From contig NW_025767132.1 in assembly GCF_003918875.1 (NCBI RefSeq), forward strand, positions 124,001 through 188,000: a stretch of DNA of 64,000 nt, given 5' to 3'. The notes below the pieces were generated by a model. It saw nothing but the letters and a program-made list of their open reading frames with translations, did no database searches and was not told where the DNA came from. Position 1 is the first letter of the stretch, and each line of letters starts with the position of its first letter. The position numbers and the translations under genes were made by a program. Shown here piece after piece: positions 1 to 10,400 of this stretch. Source of the stretch: Haliotis rubra. Lineage: Eukaryota.

Positions 1-491
1 TATATATCATTCTTTCATGATTAAAAGAATGTTTTGTCTTTTAAGATTTAAACATAATTTACAGTCACTTCATTTGAATATAATAAATGGGTTCGATATT
101 TTAGCCTCCGAGCTGAAGAATATACTGTCATTTCAAATTTGATGTCAGGAATTAACATAACGGGTATCCGGGTAAGGTAGGGTAATAGGGTGTAGGGTAC
201 CCATGTCGACCCGTCCCAGCCCTAACCTACTGTATTTTACTAGTGCCATTGAGGCCACTGAAACTGAATGGGCATTTGATGTATGAGGTACGGTAGTACA
301 TAAATTTATCCGAGGTAGGTAAGCTGGAAATGCTAACCCTCGTTCTGATGAGCACAAAGGTCACATATACGCACTCACACATGCACACACATACTGCATA
401 TACATTTTCCTCCATCTCGACCAGACTGATAATGTCAAAGCACAAACGATAGCCTAGTGGTTCAGGGGCGGTTCCAGCTTTTATAGAAAGG

Positions 492-493
<2 letters not shown>

Positions 494-524
<31 letters not shown>

Positions 525-545
525 GAGAGAGAGAGAGAGAGAGAG
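494..545. repeat. Compound (TG)n(AG)n microsatellite
   Basis: Directly visible. Confidence 0.95.
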
Positions 546-705
546 ATGGGGGGTGAGGTGTTGCAGTTTATTTTCACCCGTTTTCGCGCGAAATCCTTCG
601 GGACAAATGGGGGATGGGGGTAGGGTGCGCTCTCTCTCACTCGATACTATATATGATGATTTAACACAACCTACTAAAAGTTATATTCAAAGATATGAAT
701 CCGGT

Positions 706-887
706 CGTGAAAACCGGTCTTCAGCGACCCATGCTTGTCGTAAAGTGCGAGTAACAGGGTCGGGTGGTCAAACTCGATGACTTGGTTGCTGTTTATCACT
801 GGATTGTCTGGTAAAGACTTTACAGACTGCCGTCATATAGCTGGAATATTACTCAGGGCGGCGTTAAACAGCAAACCAATCAACCAA
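706..887 (+). mobile_element. SINE family 1 (HalSINE1-like), internally deleted
   Basis: Shares GGTCTTCAG..CCCATGCTTGTCGTAA..., ATCACTGGATTGTCTGG and GCTGGAATATT..GCGGCGTTAAAC with the full copies. Confidence 0.75.
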
Positions 888-1174
888 CTTTGTATTTAGA
901 GTTGCAAAGATCCAAAAGGGTGGAAGGAATTTAGACATATTCTAGCTATAACTCTACGACTGTTGAACTGTTCTTTCACAAACAAAATTAACCTCTCACA
1001 TTTGAAATTATACATTCACATTTAGAGATATTCTGTGGAAAGGTAGAGGGAGCATAGACCTAGCTCTGTTAACTTCGTCTAACAACACATCGTACATAGC
1101 TGTTGTGTAACCATCCCTCAGCACCTTTCCTTCCACCCACACACTGATACCGTGTATGGTTTGATTTCACTCAC

Positions 1175-3867
1175 TTCACAAAGAGTTGAGTAAACTCCTG
1201 GATACCAGCAAAGTTGCAGAGGCGTCCACACATGGCAGCCTGTCCCTTGTCGCTGAGGGCTCCACACAGTTCAGTACAGGAACCAATAACACCACTGTCT
1301 GAGAGAAACAAGTTTCATGTGGGAATCCTAAACTAAACCGCAGTTGCTATTTGGCAATGGCATGTATACACACGTAATTCCAAAAGAGGTAGTACACATT
1401 TGCCAAACGTTACTGTGATTTCTTGATGAATGAACAGTAAAAGTCATCACATCACATCACATCACACCAACAATTGCATTTGGGGACTTTCGATACGATG
1501 CGTTGCGATCATTTTCGGGCTTTGTTAGAAGATGTAGTTAAGGTACAAACATGGTACATAAATCTTGCAGATAGTTGTATTTTCATTTGAAATTTTAGGC
1601 ACATTTGTGTATTTGGTCATTTCGGGAGTTCAACATTAGAAAGAAATAACTAGATGATATCCACAACAAGACAATTCATAACTTTCATGCTGATATTTTA
1701 ACGTTTTCTGCGACAATACAATTTGACCTTCCCAATCACCTAAATGGTCCTTATCCTGCCACTGTTGTTCCATGTCAAACTGGGTGCTGGTGTACAAAAC
1801 AACCTTAGACTACCTTAAGTCTATGTTAAGGTATTGGAGTTACGGTCTTCTTAGCGCTAAGATCGCTTTGTACAACGACACGCTGATGTACATCTCTTAT
1901 AAAGTAGAATTTAGCAAGATATTTCACACAAACTGTGTGAAGAAAACAAATATGCTGAAACATACAGATTCTGGGTATGTTTAAAGTTTGACTCCTTTTT
2001 AATAATCCTCTAGATCCATCTCGACAGTGATCCTTTTTTTATCTAATACAAATGGAGTGATCCGTGAATTATCACTGAATATGATCACGGTAATGTTTGG
2101 CTTTGAGTATATATAGATTAGTAACACATATTCATTAACGTCTTAATGGTCGACTGGCCTGACCAGAAAGAGAAAGATCGGTGGTTCAATCATACTGGAG
2201 GCGTCAGGAGATGGTACTTGTTGTTACTCCGCCAGGCTCAGCATTAGGCTCGGCTTGGAGTCGGTATTGCTCTATCAGGCTGATCATTTCAAAGTACAAT
2301 AATCGGAGGTAACTTACATATATCCCTAAACTATTGTATTGCTTGTTATCGTTATATGCGACACATTTTGGTCCAAATGTACTGTATATGTTGAGGTTTC
2401 TTTAAGCTGCACTTGAACAAGTGTAACAGTATGTAGCAGCCCTTACTGAGAATGACGTTGAGAAGGTCAGCACCGGCTTGTCTAGTGAACTGGACACACG
2501 TCTTGCACTTGATGGCTGTTCCAGCGAGCTGATCTCCCCCTCCGACTGGCTGGCTGCGGTCAGAGAAGCTGGGCAGACACTGAACCCCAACCAGAGCCGC
2601 CAGAAGTACTGTCACCCCCTATAACACGGCAAGAATAGTTTCTTCTTTCACAACATGACACATCAGGTATTAAAGACGCACGAATCTTTAACCTGTTTAT
2701 AGCATGACGTTGACGGATGTACGGAGAAACATCACCGATTTTTAGCCATCCATTCACATAAATGTCACTCCTATTTTGCCTTATACATACCTGGGATTCT
2801 GTGTGGGCAGGTAATCAAGAATGGCTGTATTATATATACTATGTAACTTTGAGAACAATTTCAATATTTACTATAAGTCATGTATTCGTATTAGTCGTAC
2901 CTTGCTCTACAGTGTACGTACTGAAACATTCATCATCAGATCTGAGGATTACTTGCCACCCAGCTGTAGGTTAGTGTTGCTACATGACTTCCGTGTGTTG
3001 ACTTACGTGACATGTTCTATGAATGGGAGCGACACTGCCCTCTCCATAAACATAGAAATATCTTCTAAACAAAGAGTCGATTTTGTGATTCCGACAATAT
3101 CCCAAGCATGTGTTTATGAATCACTATGATGTAGTGCTAATACAGTTGTTCGCTTATCCTACTTCACCGCTGTCGCCCATCGCAAACATATGCAAAGGCA
3201 AACCAATCGGTCATCTAGACAAACAAATGTAACTCACGGCACAAGTCAAAATAGCAAATTGAGTCAAAAACAACTATTGTCGCTGATGCGCCAAACCTGG
3301 AAACGCCCACCGTTTGTCTATAATAACACCTTTTCAACGAATTTATATGATTATCCTAGAGAACTGGCATTCTCTTTGTTAAATATTATTGACAATTCAA
3401 GCACTTCTGAACTTGACAATAGTGTTCCGTATTTACTGTACCAGTATGTTTCAGTGCTATGTTAGTACGGTAACCCAAATCTGAGATGCTCCCAAAATGC
3501 GACAATATGGCGTTGAAGTCTCACGAAACGTGGTTTATCTCCAACATCTGTCAAATCACACTTCAGAACGAGGACAACATACACTATCTCAGTGAATATA
3601 TAATTTTATCACAACTATTCATCAAACACTAAAAGCGGCAAGAAGGGGGAATGAGCAAGTTTAATCGCAATTATTCAACTGTATTGAATAACATGCTTAC
3701 TTGTATCATTTATGGAGTGTATATTTGTTTTTGAAAGCAATTAAAATGCATCATACTTTTCTATCAGTCTTAAATTCACGACCTCTTCACTTGTGAATAA
3801 GTAGCCATCACTTACTATTATTTCAAACAAAACATAAATCGTTAACGTGAGTTACCTTGCCGTTCAT
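1175..3867 (-). CDS. Countin-like secreted saposin-domain protein, copy A (5' part; remainder lies left of the window)
   Basis: Coding exons 3856-3867 (MNGK), 2447-2618 (GVTVLLAALVGVQCLP...CKTCVQFTRQAGADLLNVIL) and 1175-1298 (NSGVIGSCTELCGALSDKGQAAMCGRLCNFAGIQEFTQLFVK). All junctions GT-AG, phases 0,1,2 as in copies B-D. LLNVILNSGVIGSC..LC closely resembles Dictyostelium countin as I recall it. No exon 4 found in 1-1174. Confidence 0.88.
1782..1885. mobile_element. Degenerate Harbinger-like MITE
   Basis: Contains CTTAGCGCTAAG with TGTACA-bearing ends; an inverted homologue lies at about 31390-31490. Confidence 0.5.
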
Positions 3868-3919
3868 TGTATGTAAATCCGAGCTAGGTCTACAGCAAGG
3901 GAAAAAAACACTCGGCGAA

Positions 3920-3966
3920 GATTTTCCTTTATAAAGCCTGGTGTATGGGAACCCGGTCGGGACATT
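3920..3966 (-). promoter_or_regulatory. TATA-containing core promoter of countin-like copy A
   Basis: Minus-strand TATAAA at 3928-3933, about 60 nt upstream of the ATG, inside a block conserved with copies B and C (ATGTyCC..n..CCATACAyyAGGCwTTATA). Confidence 0.65.
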
Positions 3967-4327
3967 TATATATTACAGTATTGCTCCCCTGAATAGACAT
4001 TCAAACAAATTCAAGCACTGCAACCTCTGTCTGTGTATGTCCCCCTGACCACCTGTCTCGTTCGCCATGCATATTTGCAGCATTTTCCCCGTAAGTCTAT
4101 TAGTTAAGCATGCATGTGAAGCTCTTAACTCTGGTTGTCGGGTTGTCATACTCGTTGACTTGACATGTCATCGTGTCACACTTGCGAGGACCGTTTGGTA
4201 ACGCTTGTGTGAAACCTCCCAACTTTTGGTCAACCGCTAAATATATGCCGAATGATCAGCGTGTATTGATTGATCAGGTAGCCATTTTTCGCAGGGTTCC
4301 TTTCTCTGGAGCCTGGTACCGTGGTGG

Positions 4328-4525
4328 TAGACTAAGGCTTAGTCTCTGAATATATATAATTTTGATAGTAACAAACAAGCCCATTTATATTGAAAAGGAG
4401 CCCTAGGGAGACCAGAGATTCAGAACCTGAGGAAATCTAGACTTGCTTTATTTAGGGCTTTAGCACTGCAAAGAGGGCTTGGCATTAGGGAAATCAATGT
4501 GGTTCAGGGACTGTGAGACAGACTA
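4328..4525 (-). mobile_element. About 200-bp non-autonomous DNA transposon (AcademH-like MITE), copy 1
   Basis: TAG...CTA termini; 9-bp TSD CCGTGGTGG (4319-4327 / 4526-4534); near-identical inverted copy at 6841-7043. Superfamily call rests on recalled AcademH features (YAG termini, 9-10 bp TSD). Strand is relative to copy 2. Confidence 0.8.
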
Positions 4526-6088
4526 CCGTGGTGGTGGTGGTGGTGGTGGTGGTTCCGGTGTAGCCATGAGCATTCTGCCGTTGCAGTTGGGCCCGGCGCT
4601 GACCTCTGGATGAGGAAACGATCCACACGGGTCTCTATCAAATGGTGATGATACTAAACGGTGAGTGTAGCCTGACCCGTCGGCGGCACCCTTCACACCA
4701 ACACTTGAAACGGCAAGTTTAAATTAGTTACTACACCAGGCATCTTTTTGTCACTGATATCGTCAAAGTTCTTCCTTGAAAGCTCTACCAAGTCATTGAG
4801 TGTTATAACCCTGGTGAGTCGACGCAGATGGAGCAAGAAAGAAGCTTTTGGTAATGTTCCTAGAAGGAGCACTTACGTCAAAATTAAGAAATGTTGGCAC
4901 CAAAGGCCATAGCTGATGGAATATTGCTCTACATAAAGGAATAATTAAGACATAACAAGTGAAGACTGTAAGTGACTGTCATGGATGGACGCAGATGAGT
5001 CAGTTCGGATGTAAAGATGTCCATGAGATACAGCTAGGGGCTTGAAACATCTGTACCGTGACATACTACCTAGATGAATGTCTTCCCTCCTCGAAATCAA
5101 ACGTACCCTTGGTAACCGATGTCACGACGCATGTCAGTTGGCACTGCCTAATACAGTCTCCTACAGTAAAAACTAACTCCGTGGCGCCCCGTTTCTTTGT
5201 TCGCAGTTACTTTCGTGGTCTAATATCACTGGTCGGAACATTACGTTTAACATTTTCGACCGAATAATGTCACAGCTCGACTCAAAAATTCAACAGCAGT
5301 ACGGCTACGTTCGGTAACTAAGCCTATGTCCACATTTGCACAATGCATCCGTGTAAAATGCAACTTTGTAAGAAATGCGTTTGTATTGATGAGTGCGGCG
5401 TTCAACAACATTCACTCTCATACCACCATGTAATGGTGATGACGCGTTTTACACGTCATCTGAAGCCCTTAAGGTTATCAAGCTGAAATGTGTGTGTTTG
5501 ATTTCATAATCATGTGTGCACGCAAGCTCTCAATACCAGGTCTGTACATGGTAATTTGAAAATGTCCGCGACGTCAGCTTTATTGGATGTGTCAGTTTTG
5601 CCAATGTATCGTTGTTAACTGGATGTCTGCATCTTCTGAATACCTCTGAACACACTATGTGTTACTCGATGTTGATACGGGTATCATGGTTGTGTTTTGG
5701 ATCTGAAGTTTGCAGTGTTTCGGCGACGGTTTTAAGCCTAGACACGTTTTGATTGCTTTTCTGATGTTTTTGTCTATTGTAATTTCCAAGCGTATACCCG
5801 GATATTTAGTTCTCCTTCCATCATACTGTCACATTATGGCACGAACCGTTCTTATCTAAGTATCGAAAGGTTAATTCGTGTGTAATGTATAATTAGATAT
5901 TGACCTTTCTGTCAATCGATGGCCAGGTAATAGTACCAATATTATCGATGGACTAAGGCAGGTATTCAGTTCCTCGAGGTAAAGTAGGCTCATCCCCATT
6001 GTTACATCCTTACTTTCTAATAATTTCCTTCCCTGTCTGCATTCGTTAACGACAGCTGTAAATTGTGTCTATATAAAAGTGTGTATAT

Positions 6089-6229
6089 ATGTCATCGTAT
6101 CCCAATTGCGTAGATTGATGCTCATGCTGTTGATCACTGGATTATCTGGTTCAGACTCGATTATATACAGACCGCCGTCATATTTACAGCTGGAATATTG
6201 CTGAGTGATGCGTTAAACAACAAATAAAC
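6089..6229 (+). mobile_element. SINE family 1, 5'-truncated
   Basis: Matches the 3' half of 23725-23975. Confidence 0.8.
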
Positions 6230-6699
6230 TTTGTTCTTTTGTACTCTTTTAACTATTACATATGAAAGATTTGTGGTTAGACTTATGCGGAACACCAAAT
6301 TCATTCTTAAAAAACTTGTGGTTAATTAATACCGAGCGATTAAAAGTTGCCAAAAAGTCGCCTGCTTCACTCTCGCCCGCCAACGAAACCACAGACAGGT
6401 TACGTAACTCTGTCGCCAGAGCACTGCAGTGACGTCATATGAGGAACGATTTTCAGTTAGTTGTATCAGGGAGACTATATAAGTTGTAGAGTATCCCTGG
6501 TTGTATAGAAAGTGTGTAGCATGCTCATCAACAAACAGCGTGTACATATATGACAGAGTATGATCGAGTGGCTGATAATCAGACATGACTACTAAAGGTT
6601 GAAAATGTCTTTTGTTATTAATGTGAATGTCCATAACGTAATGAGTTGCAATCTTTTGGGTCTTGTGGAAAGACCGGTTGCCCGGGGAGCGTGATGTGG

Positions 6700-7110
6700 T
6701 GTTACTGTCCTCGGTGGCTTCATTCCCATACTTCAAGCTCTCGGCACTCAAGGGGTAAAACAAAGAGAGGTCGACTCAGAGTCAGTATACGTTGTCCGTG
6801 TGACGTATTCATGCTGAACCCGTCATGGTAGTGTAACACTTAGTCTGTCTCACAGTCCCTGAATCACATTAATTTCCCTACTGCCAAGCCCTCTCTGCAG
6901 TGCTAAAGCCCTAAATAAAGCAAGTCTAGATTTCCTCAGGTTCAGGTCTGAATCTCTGGTCTCCCCGGGGCTCCTTTTCAATATAAATGGGCTTGTTTGT
7001 TACTATCAAAATTATATATATTCAGAGACTAAGCCTTAGTCTATGTAACACTATAAAACCTTCTCCAAGAAGCCACACGTGCAATGATATCTTGAACATG
7101 ACGTTTTAAC
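6700..7110 (+). mobile_element. Old SINE (Meta-domain-like) split by the 6841-7043 MITE
   Basis: Removing the MITE and one TSD joins GGCACTCA..GGTCGACTCAGAGTCAGTATA..ATTCATGCT..CATGGTA..ACACTATAAAACC, which resembles molluscan Meta-type SINE bodies from memory. Boundaries approximate. Confidence 0.4.
6841..7043 (+). mobile_element. About 200-bp non-autonomous DNA transposon (AcademH-like MITE), copy 2
   Basis: 9-bp TSD TGTAACACT (6832-6840 / 7044-7052); reverse complement of 4328-4525; terminal palindrome AGACTAAG-C-CTTAGTCT. Confidence 0.8.
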
Positions 7111-7414
7111 CCTTCTCGCCCCACCCTTATGTTTCAACTATGGCGGCCATATAGAAATAGTAGGCTATTTGTATAATCTGTGATTATGAACGCTGAGTGT
7201 ACGCAAAATACTACTCTACAACAAGATACTGATGTGAAAGAAGATTACCTTGGCACATTTTGTTCACTTTTGCATGACCTTGTTTTCTCAACTTAACTTG
7301 TACTTCAATATTGCAGAGTATCAGGGGAGTTTACATAAGCATTTGGTTCTTGTACAAAATCATACGTAAGAACGAAAGGTTTGTTTACACATGTATTCAA
7401 CCATACAACAATGT

Positions 7415-10400
7415 CTAGGCAGAGATGACGAACGTGGTGTTGCGCATGTCGTAGATCTTGCTGTGTGGGAAATTGGCTCCACATCTGCCATTGCAGATAC
7501 CTGGAAAACGATATAATGGTAAGTAAGCCGATAGATTAACTGTTATTCAGAATTAAATAAATACTGTTTAAAATCGAGTTATCGACAAAACACACTTAAA
7601 ATGTCATCCACGTAATGCCAAATAGGCCTATCTGACAGCGATATCTTAAACCACACACTTGCAGTTTAATTTGATGTAAATTAGAAACAAACATAACACT
7701 AACGGGTCCATAAGATACACATGCACGGTATGACTCTAAATGCTACATAATAGACTGTTTTTAATATAAAATGCTACATAACAGACTGTTCATGAATATA
7801 AAATGCTACATAATAGATTGTTTATGAATATAATCTGCAACATAACAGACTGTTTATGAATATATAATAGGAATATGCAGTAAGCCTCACGTCTTGTTTG
7901 AGTGAGTATTCTTTTTACGCCGCTTTTTGGCAATATTCCAGTAATATGAAGGCAGAGAACACTCGAAATGAGATGTACCTAGACAGGGAATCGAACCTGG
8001 GTACTTGGCATGATGAACGCTTTAACTACTATGCTAAACTAACGTTTAAACTGCATCGACACAACTGATAACCTAATGTTAAGGGTATAAATAAGAATTA
8101 TGGTATCTTGTACACTCACCCAGAAATAGTGTGTAGTTTCCAGGAACCCACTTTTCACATGCTTCCTTGTTAGGATCACAGGGTCGACGGGGGATAGTCG
8201 TGAGGGTAACACTGTTGCGGTAAGTGCCTGGCGGAGACTTCGGGATGAGGACACTATCGTCTGTGAAGGGAGAGTCGCTAATGAGACTGAACAGCGTTTC
8301 AGGTATTTCAACACACACAACTAAAGGTGGAAGAAGTAGCGTAGGACATATAAGTTTGTTGATTAAGGTGAACCCAACAAGCTTCAGTATCGTCAGTACT
8401 GACCTGGCAAACCAAAGGCTGTAACAGAGTGGGCAACGAGTATGAACTTGAGTATGAAAAATCGCAATCAGTCAGGTCACAGGTCTCCCAGTCCTTGTTA
8501 TGACAATATTATCCCTCAGGGGACCCAGTGAAGGAGGTTAATATTAAATGATTGGTGACACCGAAAGTCAACGATTCGGTGTTTCTTACACATCATGGAA
8601 CTTTACGTATTTCATTGTACATGTTTAGTAACAACAGTAAAGCTACTGTATAATACAGTATGACTTACCAATGTGATAACCATCAATTGTCTCAACAAGC
8701 AGGACAGCTTCCCCTGTTCCGGTTCCCTTATTGGAGGTGTAGGAATAGCTTATTGTTCTCTTGCCTGTAACAATTCCATACACAAATCAGTTGGCCTATT
8801 TATGGTTTCATATCGTTACATAATGTTCACTTTCAGGCAGCCCTTTGACAATCTGACATATGTTTGTATCACTACGTCCCCAGTCATGGCGTATACAATC
8901 CCCGAAGTATTAGAGATGTCATATACAGTGATTATCTACTGCAGTCTGGCCTTGTGGACCCCTAAATGGTTTGATGAAATATACACATGGAAAGAAGTAT
9001 CGCACCGCCCCATATTTTTCATAGTATTAATATACTACTCACACTTTGCTAAGGATCACAAAAATTCGCAACTTTACTTAAACGTAGATTTATAATTTGA
9101 AATTGTATCCATTTAAAACTAGATAACTAATGCTATGGTAACACATCTTTAGGAAAACGGCCACTTTAAGCTAACCGTATGTACACGATACATGAGTAAC
9201 CATAAAAAAAGTTTTCATGGCACCAATCAACCATTTTTGCAAATCATGGAACGAGTCACTGACAAGTACACAACACCTGTCAATAGCAGGTATGGGATCC
9301 ACAAGATGCAATGACATACTGAAACCTAGGATCCATGCTTACAATAGGCTTAGATATTTAAATCAAATGTGACCCCACATCATAGTTTTCTGTTGAATCA
9401 ATGATTTGATCCTTAGCAAACTGTGAATAGTATATATGTTACCATTAACCACAGCAAGGGAACTTACCTTTAACTAACTATCAAAGTACACTGACCCTCC
9501 AGGAATCATTAAATGCCAAATCTACAACTGTCCTAGTGCTGATAACCATGTTCGTGTGACGTTAACAAATGCGGTTAGTTTCAAGATTCCGGCATACAGT
9601 CCTCACAGAATCACACACGTGTCAATAACTAAGTGATGAACCATTGTCCATTCATATTTCTTCTGATCGTCACAAGGTTCACAATCATGTGAGAGGCACC
9701 CCACACCATCAAAGAACCCCTGCCAAACGGTACTTGCTCCAAGATATTCCCTTGTGCATATGCAGTGTTTCTGCGGCGCCAAACATGTTTCATGAACAAA
9801 TGAATCAACTTTTGTCCGACAAGTGGACCCTTTCCTATGACGTCAAATTACAGTGACGTCGAGCTTGACGTTGTGCTCTGGGGATAACGATGCACGTCTA
9901 CCTCTATTTCGGACCGTTCTGTTTGACAGAGTGGAATCCAGTCTGTCTTTAACACGCCATTTGACATAAACGGATGAAATCTTGTGATTCTGAGGAAGGC
10001 TGTGTTCTCCCTTGAAGTTTTCACACGTGGTCGGCCTGAGTGATGCTGGTCCTTAACGTCATTAGTTTGCTGCTGTTTTCTGGCCAGTCGGCTGATAGTC
10101 GATGGGTGACACCAACATGTCTTGCAATTGTCCCCAATGACATGCCAGCATTCCGCTTATCAATAACTTGTCATCTTTGAGCAGTTGTCAGTTGACGAGC
10201 CCACGTATTTGCTAACAAAATCAAGTGAGTTTTCAAGTTATAGAGTTGTAAGAACAGTTTACTAAAACTGGATATTTGCTTATCGAAACCCTGAGCATAC
10301 TCTTTAGGCACAATACCCAGCGCGCGTTCCCTACAACAGGGAATTGGTGACTGCCAAATATATAACTTTGAACAAAACAAATACCATTTCCCTAAATAAC

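Noticed and set aside
345-351. CTGATGA hammerhead-core motif
   Set aside because: No stem II plus GAAA and no closing stems nearby.
227-780. ORFs of 137 and 94 aa
   Set aside because: Kept open by the (TG)n(AG)n microsatellite.
1482-1492. NF-kB-like GGGGACTTTC sites (also near 26991)
   Set aside because: Isolated imperfect matches, not conserved among paralogues; expected by chance.
4328-7043. Composite transposon bounded by 200-bp TIRs
   Set aside because: Each 200-bp unit has its own distinct 9-bp TSD, there is no shared outer TSD, and no transposase lies between them.
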